Shown here: in pieces, positions 45,657 through 54,117 of the stretch | Numbering within the stretch: position 1 is the first letter of the stretch | How the letters are laid out: every line of letters begins with the position of its first letter | NCBI RefSeq assembly: GCF_000737315.1 | Contig: NZ_JMCB01000028.1 | Coordinates: forward strand, 124,001 to 188,000 | Origin: Hyalangium minutum | GTDB lineage: Bacteria; Myxococcota; Myxococcia; Myxococcales; Myxococcaceae | Length of the DNA stretch: 64,000 nucleotides | Direction of reading: 5' to 3' | Notes under the pieces: model-generated | Told to the model about the DNA's origin: nothing | Databases searched by the model: none | What the model saw: the letters and a program-made list of their open reading frames with translations, nothing else | Made by a program: the position numbers and the translations under genes

Positions 45657-47887
45657 CGCACACGCGATGGCACCAATGGATGCTCCTGGGCGTCCTGCTA
45701 TGGAGCACCTGGACTGCAGCCGCTCCTGCCACTCCCAGCGGCGTCTCCCGCTCGCATGGGTTGATGCCAGTCCCTGCCTCGCTCCAGTTCCGAGAAGGAC
45801 GCCTACCCCTCACCGCCGCGTTCTCCCTCAGCGTGCGAGGCCCCGTGGACCGCCGGCTGGAGACCGCCCTCCAGCGCATGCTCCGGCGCCTCGAAGGACG
45901 CACAGGCCTGACCCTCTCGCGCGAGCCCACCGAGCCCGAGAAGGCCACCCTGCTCGTCGAGGTGAAGTCACCGGGAAACCCACTCCCCACCCTGGGAGAC
46001 GACGAGTCCTACACGCTCGAAGTGGACGGGAACCGCGCGACGCTCCGAGCCGCTCAAGTCGTCGGCGCCCTGCGAGGCATCGAGACCCTCCTTCAGCTTC
46101 TCCAGGGAGACCGAGACGGCTGGTTCCTGCCCGCCGTGGCCCTCTCCGACCGGCCGCGCTTCCCCTGGCGAGGGCTGCTCATCGACGTCAGCCGCCACTG
46201 GCTGCCGCTGGAGGTGCTCAAGCGCAACCTCGATGGCATGGCGGCAGTGAAGCTCAACGTGCTCCACCTGCACCTCACCGATGATCAGGGCTTCCGCGTC
46301 GAGAGCCGCCGCTTCCCCCGCCTCCACGAGCTGGGCTCGGATGGCCTCTACTTCACCCAGCAGCAGCTGCGCGAGCTCATCGCCTACGCCGCCGACCGGG
46401 GCATCCGCGTCGTGCCCGAGTTCGACATGCCGGGCCACGTCACGAGCTGGCTCGTGGGCCACTCGGAGCTGGCGAGCGTCCCAGGCCCGTACTCCATCGA
46501 GCGCAAGTGGGGCATCTTCGACCCGACGCTCGACCCCACGCGCGAGGAGGTGTACCCGTTCCTCGACGCCTTCCTCGGCGAGATGGCGGAGCTGTTCCCC
46601 GATGCCTGGATGCACATCGGCGGGGACGAGAACACGGGCAACCACTGGCGGGTGAACCCCGCCATCCAGTCCTTCATGGCGAGCCGAGGCCTCGCCGACT
46701 CGCACGCGCTCCAAACGTACTTCGGAGACCGCGTCGCGAAGATCCTCCAGAAGCACGGCAAGCGCATGATGGGCTGGGACGAGATCCTCCACCCCACCCT
46801 CCCAAAGGATGCAGTCGTCCAGACGTGGCGAGGCCCCAAGGCACTCGCGGAGAGCGCGAAGCAGGGGTACGCGGGCATCCTCTCGTGGGGCTACTACCTG
46901 GACCACATGCTGCCTGCGGGCCTCCACTACACAGTGGACCCGCTGCCCGCGGATGGAAAGCGAATGGCCGAGGAGGCCAACCGCTGGATCCCCGTCTCCT
47001 GGTACCACCGCTTCCAGTTCAAGCCCCCCGAGACCTCCGTCCGCGAGAAGGACGCCCCGCGAGTCCTCGGCGGCGAGGCCTGCATGTGGTCCGAGTTCGC
47101 GGACACCGAGACGATCGACTCGCGCATCTGGCCTCGGCTGGCCGCCGTCGCCGAGCGGCTGTGGTCGCCGCGCGAGGTGACGGATGTCCAGGACATGTAC
47201 CGCCGGCTGGAGCTCCTGCGCGTGCAGCTGGAGGAGCATGGACTCCTGCACGAGCGCACCCGTGAGGTGCTCCTGCGCCGGCTCGCGGGCGCAGCCAACC
47301 CGGGCCCGCTGCGCGTCCTGGCGGAGCTGGTGGAGCCGGTGAAGTTCTACGATCGGCCCGTGCAGTTCCAGGCCGCCACCCAGGGCATGCCGTTGACGCG
47401 GCTCGTGGATGCGGCACGGCCGGAGAGCCCGGAGGCCCGGGCACTGAGGACCTCCGTCGATGAGCTGCTGAGCGACGCGCCCCGGTTCGCTCGGAACGCG
47501 GAGCGGCTGACCCAGGCGTTCAGCCAGTGGCGCGAGCTCCACCCCGAGCTGTCACACCTGCTGGAGCGCTCACCCGCCCTGCACGAGGTCCGCCCGCTGG
47601 GAGAGGGGCTGCTGGCGCTGGCCCAGACGGGACAGGAAGCACTCTCCTCTATAAGGAGTGGCACGGCACCGCGCGTGGGCTGGCGTGAAGAGGCGCTCCA
47701 GCGCATCAACGAGGCCGCGCGTCCCCAGGGACAGGTGGAGTTCGCCATCATCCAACCCCTGCGCGAGCTGGTCCTCGCGGCCGTCCTCCAGCCGGAGGCC
47801 ACAACCCTGTCCGCCGCCGCATGGCACGCCTGGGTGAAGGCCGAGGCCCTGGCCGCCATCCCCAAGCCGCCCGAGAAGAAGAAGTAA
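45653..47887 (+). CDS. Secreted GH20 beta-N-acetylhexosaminidase
   Basis: DESYTL, RFPWRGLLIDVSRH, HLTDDQGFR, HIGGDE (catalytic), GGEACMWSE, IWPR; signal peptide; ATGA overlap with the DMT gene. Confidence 0.93.
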   Translation: MTHTRWHQWMLLGVLLWSTWTAAAPATPSGVSRSHGLMPVPASLQFREGRLPLTAAFSLSVRGPVDRRLETALQRMLRRLEGRTGLTLSREPTEPEKATLLVEVKSPGNPLPTLGDDESYTLEVDGNRATLRAAQVVGALRGIETLLQLLQGDRDGWFLPAVALSDRPRFPWRGLLIDVSRHWLPLEVLKRNLDGMAAVKLNVLHLHLTDDQGFRVESRRFPRLHELGSDGLYFTQQQLRELIAYAADRGIRVVPEFDMPGHVTSWLVGHSELASVPGPYSIERKWGIFDPTLDPTREEVYPFLDAFLGEMAELFPDAWMHIGGDENTGNHWRVNPAIQSFMASRGLADSHALQTYFGDRVAKILQKHGKRMMGWDEILHPTLPKDAVVQTWRGPKALAESAKQGYAGILSWGYYLDHMLPAGLHYTVDPLPADGKRMAEEANRWIPVSWYHRFQFKPPETSVREKDAPRVLGGEACMWSEFADTETIDSRIWPRLAAVAERLWSPREVTDVQDMYRRLELLRVQLEEHGLLHERTREVLLRRLAGAANPGPLRVLAELVEPVKFYDRPVQFQAATQGMPLTRLVDAARPESPEARALRTSVDELLSDAPRFARNAERLTQAFSQWRELHPELSHLLERSPALHEVRPLGEGLLALAQTGQEALSSIRSGTAPRVGWREEALQRINEAARPQGQVEFAIIQPLRELVLAAVLQPEATTLSAAAWHAWVKAEALAAIPKPPEKKK

Positions 47888-47903
47888 CAGCCCAGACAGC
47901 CCC

Positions 47904-48800
47904 TCAGAGGGGCTCCATCCAATCCACCCGGGAGACCGGGAGCAGGTGGCGCACGGACTCCAGCGTCTCGTCCCAGAGGCGAGCCTTGACCGTCCGCTCG
48001 CGGGCCGTCGAGTGCATGGTGAGCTCGATACATGGAGCGCAGGGATCTCCCGCCAATCCTGGGTACTCCCAGCCCCAGGTCAGGCGCTCTTCGCTCCCCT
48101 CCTTCACCAGGATGATCAGCTCTTCTCCCTCGAAGCCCGCGACCTGGCGAGGTCCTGTCCGAACGACAGTGACTTCCCGCGCTCCGTGGAGCCCCAAGGC
48201 CAACGCGCGCTGCAGACGGTGCATGAGCCCACCCTCTGGATCGGCCTCGGCCGCGGGGCGGCTGCCCAGCTCCATCCTCAGATCCAGAGGGACTTCCTCG
48301 AACTGCACGAGGACCTGCTCGACGCCCAGCGGCGGGAGGGTGACCGCCCCACGCTCCAGATAGAACCAACCCTCGGGCGGAGGAGTGGCCCGTAGCTCGA
48401 ACGAGCGATAGGAGTGCGCCACCATCTCGAGCCGCGACAGCGCCTGCTCCGGGACTTGCGGATCCTGAGCGCATTCCATCCAGACACCGTGCGTGCCCGC
48501 GTCCAGCAGCGCGAACCAGGTCTTCTGGTTCACATCGTCCTCGCTGTCATGGGCCAGCACACCGTGGCACCGGGGAGCAATGTCACGCTGCTCGATGAGG
48601 AGCTCCCGAGCGCCCACGGGCAACCGCCGCTCAGCCAGCTTCCGGAGCCAGTCGCTCCAGGCCTGCTTGTAGCCATTGGCTGCGGTCCACTCCACCTCTC
48701 GGAAGTGCACGGAGGAGAGGATCCTGTGCTCCTGCCATGCCCGCCGCACGGTCGGCGGCAGTGAGAGGGAGAATCGCCCTACACGGTACTCCTCGAGCAC
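47904..48800 (-). CDS. Tli4-like T6SS lipase-effector immunity protein
   Basis: EYRVGRFSLSLP; RQVAGFEGEELII..TWGWEYPG..GDPCAPCIELTM; AGGAGG RBS before GTG. Confidence 0.6.
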   Translation of the reverse strand: MLEEYRVGRFSLSLPPTVRRAWQEHRILSSVHFREVEWTAANGYKQAWSDWLRKLAERRLPVGARELLIEQRDIAPRCHGVLAHDSEDDVNQKTWFALLDAGTHGVWMECAQDPQVPEQALSRLEMVAHSYRSFELRATPPPEGWFYLERGAVTLPPLGVEQVLVQFEEVPLDLRMELGSRPAAEADPEGGLMHRLQRALALGLHGAREVTVVRTGPRQVAGFEGEELIILVKEGSEERLTWGWEYPGLAGDPCAPCIELTMHSTARERTVKARLWDETLESVRHLLPVSRVDWMEPL

Positions 48801-48894
48801 CCAGCCTCCTTGGTTGGCGGCGGTCTTGCGCCAGCCAGGAGACAGTATTCAGGGGGGCCTCCCGAGGATGTACCACCCAAGGGGTACGGCGGCC

Positions 48895-49974
48895 CTACCG
48901 GGCTTCGCGCAAGAACGCGGCGAGCTTCTCGTACGCCACCGCCAGCCCGGGGATGGGGGCGCTCTCGTTGGCCTGGTGGGCCTGCGCCGTCTCACCCGGC
49001 CCGTAATTCACCGCGTCCACGCCCCACTCGCCGAAGCGGGCCACATCCGTCCACGCCTGCTTCGACGCCGCAGGGAGCCCCGTCGCCGCCAGGAGCCGCC
49101 GGTACAGCGGGTTGTCCGCGCACACCCGCCCGCTCGGGGACAGGTCCGTGAACGACACCTCCACCCGGCCCGCCACCAGCGCCCGCACATCCGCCTGCGC
49201 CTGCTCCAGCGACTTGCCCGGGGCAAACCGGTAGTTGAGGTTCAGCTCCAGCGTGTCCGGCACCACGTTGCGCGCCCGGCCACCGTGGGCCAGCGTCACG
49301 CTCATCACCTCGAAGAAGGAGAAGCCTGAGTTCACCACCTCCACGCGCTCGCGCCCGAGCAACTCCGTCAGCAGCGGGCCCGCCTTGTGGATGGCGTTCT
49401 CTCCCTGCCACGGCCGCGCCGAGTGCGCGCTGCGCCCCGAGAACTTCAGCGTCGCGTGCAGCGTCCCCACGCACCCCACCTGCACCACCCCATCCGTCGG
49501 CTCCATGGCGATGCCGAAGCTCACCCGCTTCAGGTCCGGCCGCTTCTCGAAGAGCGGCCCCAGGCCGGACTCCAGATACGGGCCCTCTTCGCGCTCATAG
49601 AGGATCAACGCGAGGTTCACCGGCAGCTCTCTCAGCGGCAGGTCCTCGGCCAGCGCCATCATCACCGCCAGCCCGCCCTTCATGTCCGACGCGCCCAGCC
49701 CGAACACCCGCTCGCCCTCGATGCGCGCGGGACCATCGCTCGGATGCGCGGGCACCGTGTCCAGGTGTCCCACGAGCGCCACGGTGGGCCGCGGGTCATC
49801 CAGTCGGCCCACGACCATCGAGTGCCCGACCCGAATCACGGACTCGCGAGGGAAGCGCTCGAGCGCCCACCGCTCCACATGATCAGCGAGCGGACCTTCC
49901 TGCCCGATAGGACTGGGGATACGGCACAGGGTGAGCGTGGACTGGGCGAGGCGCGCGGCGAGCTGAGCGGTCAT
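48895..49974 (-). CDS. dapE: Succinyl-diaminopimelate desuccinylase (M20)
   Basis: GHLDTVP, GASDMKGG, YEREE, AMEPT, AHSARPW, WTDVARF, GPGETAQAHQANE; near dapD. Confidence 0.88.
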   Translation of the reverse strand: MTAQLAARLAQSTLTLCRIPSPIGQEGPLADHVERWALERFPRESVIRVGHSMVVGRLDDPRPTVALVGHLDTVPAHPSDGPARIEGERVFGLGASDMKGGLAVMMALAEDLPLRELPVNLALILYEREEGPYLESGLGPLFEKRPDLKRVSFGIAMEPTDGVVQVGCVGTLHATLKFSGRSAHSARPWQGENAIHKAGPLLTELLGRERVEVVNSGFSFFEVMSVTLAHGGRARNVVPDTLELNLNYRFAPGKSLEQAQADVRALVAGRVEVSFTDLSPSGRVCADNPLYRRLLAATGLPAASKQAWTDVARFGEWGVDAVNYGPGETAQAHQANESAPIPGLAVAYEKLAAFLREAR

Positions 49975-50008
49975 GAAGAGCGCCGCGCACCATAGACCTG
50001 TCCCCGGC

Positions 50009-50908
50009 TCAGTGCACCTGGAACACGTGGAGGGTCACCTCGCCCGCCTTGATGATCGTCACGTCCTCCGTCACGAGCGGCCGGCCGTCCTTCAGCAAGG
50101 CTTCCAGGCGCAGGCTCAGCAGCCCCGGGCCCAGCGTCGTCGCCACGCCAATGCTGGAGCCCGTGCCCTCGATTTCCTTGCCCGTGCCGAGCACCACCCG
50201 CCACCGGCTGTCCCGGAGGTTGTCGCTGCCGTCGACCTGGACCTTGATGGCGCCGTAGGCGGCCGAGGGCGCGGCAGCCAGGGCGGTGCGCTGCGCGTCC
50301 ATCCGCTGCTCCAGCACCGCCAGGTGGCCCTTGAACTCAGCCATCCAGTCCTGCGTCTCCTGCCTCACCGTCGCGTTGACGTCGATGATGAAGGCCTGGA
50401 GCAGATCCAGCACCGCGGTGAGCCGCTGCTCCTTGGGCATCGTGGGTGACATCAATGCCAGCCGGGCCCAGCCGAACTGCAAGGCCTCCAGCTTCGAGTT
50501 GATCTCCTGATAGGCGGACACGTAGCGCATCCACCCTGAGGAGGCGCCGAAGTAGTTATCCAGACCGACGCAGGTGGCGCCCATCACCGCGAACACGGAG
50601 GCCAGCAGGCCCCACTTCTGGTAGGCCTGCTCGTTAGGGAGCAGCTGCACCAGGATGGGCGTGACGCTGGCCAGCGCGGTCAGAAAGATGGCCAGCATGC
50701 GCAGCCGCTGGCCCCACGTCTTCCGGATCGCCATGTTGCGCGAGTACCAACCCATCGCCTCGCGGCCCTTGTCCACGACGATGCGATAGAGCTCCTGAAC
50801 CTCTTCGGGCTGCTCAGGCTGCGAGAGGACCGGGAGCACCAATCCCTGGAGGTTCTTCTCCGGCTTCTGACTGGGACCCGCGCTCCCCGCTATCTTCCCG
50901 TTGGCCAT
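50009..50908 (-). CDS. SLATT-domain (2TM) protein with C-terminal beta domain
   Basis: AMGWY, TM1 LRMLAIFLTALASVTPIL, TM2 WGLLASVFAVMGATCVG, FGASSGWMRY. Confidence 0.7.
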   Translation of the reverse strand: MANGKIAGSAGPSQKPEKNLQGLVLPVLSQPEQPEEVQELYRIVVDKGREAMGWYSRNMAIRKTWGQRLRMLAIFLTALASVTPILVQLLPNEQAYQKWGLLASVFAVMGATCVGLDNYFGASSGWMRYVSAYQEINSKLEALQFGWARLALMSPTMPKEQRLTAVLDLLQAFIIDVNATVRQETQDWMAEFKGHLAVLEQRMDAQRTALAAAPSAAYGAIKVQVDGSDNLRDSRWRVVLGTGKEIEGTGSSIGVATTLGPGLLSLRLEALLKDGRPLVTEDVTIIKAGEVTLHVFQVH

Positions 50909-50919
50909 ACCCCTGCTGC

Positions 50920-51534
50920 TTAGTCGAAGCTCGTCACTCCGTCGATGAGGGCGGCGGCGATGCAGGCGGGTCCCTCAATGGCCACGAAGTCGTGCGCGCT
51001 GCCCGACTCCTTCTCCAGGAGCTCGCCAGGCCAGACTTCGTTTCCCGAGTCCTCGCGGAACCCACCCTCGAGGACCAGGTTCCACTCATGACCGTGGTGG
51101 GTGTGCCGCGGGAAGCGCACGCCGGGCGCCAGCCGGACGAAGGCCGCCAGCATCCCGGACTTCGCCGGCCCCGTCTCCACCGGCATCAACTGCACCCCCT
51201 CCACGGGGCCCGGCATCCATGCGTCCGGGTCACTCAAGGACTCCAGCAGCGCCCGCGTCCGCTCGCGCGTGAGGTCGAAGAACGCGGCGACCTTCTCGGA
51301 GAAGCGGGCAAAGCGCCCAGGCCCCTCCATCTCGGCCACCACCCGCGCGAGCACTCCTGGCGGGGGCTTGCTGGGCACCACCAGGGCCGCCAGCCCCTCC
51401 ACCCCAGGCGACAACCGGACCACCTCCGCGCGGCACTGCTCACAGCCCGCGAGGTGCTGTTCAGCCGCCTGCCGGGCCGACGGGTCCACCGTCCCCAGCA
51501 GCAGCTCCGGCAGAATGTCGTCCAGGTGGGCCAT
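50920..51534 (-). CDS. ChrR-like protein: Zn-finger anti-sigma domain + cupin
   Basis: HLAGCEQC; VRLAPGVRFPRHTHHGHEWNLVLEGGF..SAHDF. Confidence 0.8.
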   Translation of the reverse strand: MAHLDDILPELLLGTVDPSARQAAEQHLAGCEQCRAEVVRLSPGVEGLAALVVPSKPPPGVLARVVAEMEGPGRFARFSEKVAAFFDLTRERTRALLESLSDPDAWMPGPVEGVQLMPVETGPAKSGMLAAFVRLAPGVRFPRHTHHGHEWNLVLEGGFREDSGNEVWPGELLEKESGSAHDFVAIEGPACIAAALIDGVTSFD

Positions 51535-51603
51535 ATCTCATCACACTTCCTCGGTCGTCACTCCCTCTACGGCCGTCACGAACCGATGGATTTCCCGTCC
51601 CAC

Positions 51604-52428
51604 CTACACGGGAACAGCGAAGTCTCTCAATGCGGCATTGAGGCTGGTCTTCTGGTCAGTGCTCTTCGTCCGCTGGCCGATGATCAACGCGCAGGGCACG
51701 CCATACTTCCCGGCAGGGAACTGCTTCTCGCGCATTCCGGGGATGACCACGCTGCGAGCGGGCACGCGACCCTTGTGGATGCGCTCCTCGGGGCCGGTGA
51801 CATCGATGATCTGCGTGGATGCGGTGAGCACCACGTTGGCACCAAGCACCGCCTCCTCCTCGACCACCACGCCCTCGACGACGATGCAGCGGCTGCCGAT
51901 GAAGGCTCCATCCTCGATGATAACGGGCGAGGCGGTGGGCGGCTCGAGCACCCCACCCAGGCCCACGCCACCAGACAGGTGGACGTTGCGGCCCACTTGA
52001 GCGCAACTGCCCACCGTGGCCCACGTATCCACCATGGTGCCCGAGCCCACGCGCGCGCCGATGTTCACGTAGCCCGGCATCACCACCGCGCCCTTCTCCA
52101 CGAAGGCGCCGTAGCGCACCACGCCCGGGGGCACCACGCGCACGCCGGCGGCCTGCAGGTTCTTCTTCAGCGGCACCTTGTCGTGGAACTCGAAGGGGCC
52201 TACCTCCATCACCTGCATCTCCGACACGGCGAAGAATAGGAGGATGGCTTCCTTCACCCAGGCGTTGACGCGCCAACCTTCCGGGCCCTTCTCGGCCACG
52301 CGCAGCTCGCCCGCGTCCAGGCGCGCCAGCGTCTCGCGCACGGCGGCCACATGATCGGCTTCCTTCAGCTTCGTCCGGTCGGCAAACGCCTCGGACACCT
52401 TCTGGGACAGCGCTTCAAGGGAGGACAT
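51604..52428 (-). CDS. dapD: Tetrahydrodipicolinate N-succinyltransferase
   Basis: LDAGELRVAEK, WVKEAILLFF, DKVPLK, VNIGARVGSGTMVDTWATVGSCAQVG, GGVLEP. Confidence 0.96.
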   Translation of the reverse strand: MSSLEALSQKVSEAFADRTKLKEADHVAAVRETLARLDAGELRVAEKGPEGWRVNAWVKEAILLFFAVSEMQVMEVGPFEFHDKVPLKKNLQAAGVRVVPPGVVRYGAFVEKGAVVMPGYVNIGARVGSGTMVDTWATVGSCAQVGRNVHLSGGVGLGGVLEPPTASPVIIEDGAFIGSRCIVVEGVVVEEEAVLGANVVLTASTQIIDVTGPEERIHKGRVPARSVVIPGMREKQFPAGKYGVPCALIIGQRTKSTDQKTSLNAALRDFAVPV

Positions 52429-52479
52429 GGCCCTCCTTTGAACCACAAATCCGGCCCGGCCGCCGCAATCCCGTGAGGC

Positions 52480-52800
52480 TCAGTCGTGGGCGTGTCCGGT
52501 GTTGGCGGCCTCGGCCAGCGGGTGGATATGCGTGGGAATGTCATGGAAGTACCGGTCCCCCACGGGCTCGTGCAGCTCGGACGGAGAGCCCTGAACGGAC
52601 ACGTGCCCACCCGTCACCGCCGTCACCCGCGAGAGCGGCACTGCGAACTCCTTGCGCCTGCGCGAGAAGCCCCAGGGCCGCACGTACATCACCTCGCGGC
52701 CAATGAGCATCACCCGCCCCAGCCGCTGGCCGTCCTGCGTTCGCACCTGCATTCCCGTTTGGATGGAGCGTCGCTCCACCGGCGAGTCCCACCAAGCCAT
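52480..52800 (-). CDS. Small PRC-barrel/DUF2171-like protein
   Basis: IQTGMQVRTQDGQRLGRV..FAVPLSRVTAV. Confidence 0.6.
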   Translation of the reverse strand: MAWWDSPVERRSIQTGMQVRTQDGQRLGRVMLIGREVMYVRPWGFSRRRKEFAVPLSRVTAVTGGHVSVQGSPSELHEPVGDRYFHDIPTHIHPLAEAANTGHAHD

Positions 52801-52889
52801 GTGTCACCTCCGGCACAGTGCAAGGTGCGTCGGGGTTGGGACTCAAGCGAGAGGCCCCCAGAGGTCCAAGGGCTCTCTTCCTCCCTGGC

Positions 52890-53126
52890 TCAGCGTCCAA
52901 GCTCTTTGGACACTGCGTCGATGACCTCCTTCTCCGTGGGGAACGCGACGGTTTGTTTCTTCCAGACCGTCTTGCCGTTCACGGCGATGTCGAAGCTTCC
53001 CGACGGGCCAGGCTTCAGCTCTGAGTCCAGCTGCAACTCCTCCTTCAGGGCAACCGCCGCACGGACGGCTCGAGGCTTGTAGCCTCAGGCGTTGCAGTAC
53101 GTGATGGTGATCTTCGCGTCGGCCAT
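52890..53126 (-). CDS. SelW/SelT/SelH (Rdx) family protein with in-frame UGA in a CxxU motif (probable selenoprotein)
   Basis: Manual translation: MADAKITITYCNA(UGA)GYKPRAVRAAVALKEELQLDSELKPGPSGSFDIAVNGKTVWKKQTVAFPTEKEVIDAVSKELGR. UGA at 53085-53087; AAGGAGG RBS. Confidence 0.88.
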
Positions 53127-53250
53127 GGAGTGGCCTCCTTCTGGGTGGTCAGCGGGCACACCCGGGGTGCACCCGTACCTGGATAAATAGTGACAGGCCG
53201 GAGCGAGCGCCAATCCCAATGGGCCGCCCGGCCTGTTCCCATCCGCGAAG

Positions 53251-54036
53251 TCAGGGCTCCAGGTCCACTCCAGGGGACTCCTCCGGACGTTCGTCGTCCG
53301 GCTGGCCCTCGGTGAGGGACTGGGTTCCCTGCAGGGCCCCAATCATGCGCCCGAGGATGCGGATCCGTTCCTCCGAGTCCTTCACGAGCAGGTGCTTGCC
53401 CACAACGGAGGCCATTCCCCGGGAGCTCGCCGCCTGCTCGCACCAGGCGCTGGCAATCTGGGCCGCGGGCAGCCCTTCCACCGGAATGAGCTGAGTGATG
53501 AGCGGAGCGGGCTCCACCAGCAGGAGCCGCTCGAGTAATTCCTCACGCTCCTCCAACGAGAGCACGCCCTGGTTGTAGGTACTGCCCACGCCATAGTGGG
53601 CGCGCAGCAGCCCGAGGAGCCGGGCGGTATCCGTGTCCGGCAGCGCCAGCGAGACGCGCAGGTCCACCAGCGGTGCGGCCACGACGACGCTCATGCCCAA
53701 CTCACTGGCCATCGCGGCCCCCAGCGCCCCCAGAGGCGCCGCCTCGGCGATAAGCCGGAAGCGGGTCTCCGGCAACCTCACTCCCACGGAGCTGTTGGAA
53801 CCCGCCGGCGTGGCGGGCGCACCCTCCGGAGCCGAGGCAGGAGGCTCGGGCTCGGGAGACAGGCGCTTCAGCTCCAGGCGGCCCACGGGTGCATTGGAGT
53901 GGGAGACAGAGCTGCGCGGCGGCGGGGGACGGCCCCGGCAGGTGAAGGCCACCTCGGGCTCGGGACGGGCCTCGGGCTTCAGCGCGCCGCATCCGGTCAA
54001 CGCGAGGATTCCTCCCGCGAGGATGATGTGTCTCAT
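53251..54036 (-). CDS. Lipoprotein made of secretin N-terminal (STN/Secretin_N-like) domains only
   Basis: Lipobox ALTGC; LGMSVVV..RVSLAL; LITQLIPV..SSRGMASVVGKHLLVKDSEERIRILGRMIGAL; no secretin beta-barrel. Confidence 0.55.
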   Translation of the reverse strand: MRHIILAGGILALTGCGALKPEARPEPEVAFTCRGRPPPPRSSVSHSNAPVGRLELKRLSPEPEPPASAPEGAPATPAGSNSSVGVRLPETRFRLIAEAAPLGALGAAMASELGMSVVVAAPLVDLRVSLALPDTDTARLLGLLRAHYGVGSTYNQGVLSLEEREELLERLLLVEPAPLITQLIPVEGLPAAQIASAWCEQAASSRGMASVVGKHLLVKDSEERIRILGRMIGALQGTQSLTEGQPDDERPEESPGVDLEP

Positions 54037-54117
54037 GGAAGCCTCAGTATGCCCGAAGCAGCCATGCTCGCGGGCTCCGGTTTTCCACGGGCGTCCCCCG
54101 GTCTACGGTGCGCCGCC

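Noticed and set aside
44774-47887. 1037-aa ORF suggesting an N-terminally extended GH20
   Set aside because: The extension is an alternative frame over the DMT gene; the signal peptide begins at 45653.
53085-53342. 85-aa ORF ending at the UGA, or a pseudogene call for the Rdx gene
   Set aside because: The true start is the ATG at 53126 with an RBS; the UGA falls exactly at the Sec position of the family and the downstream frame is intact.
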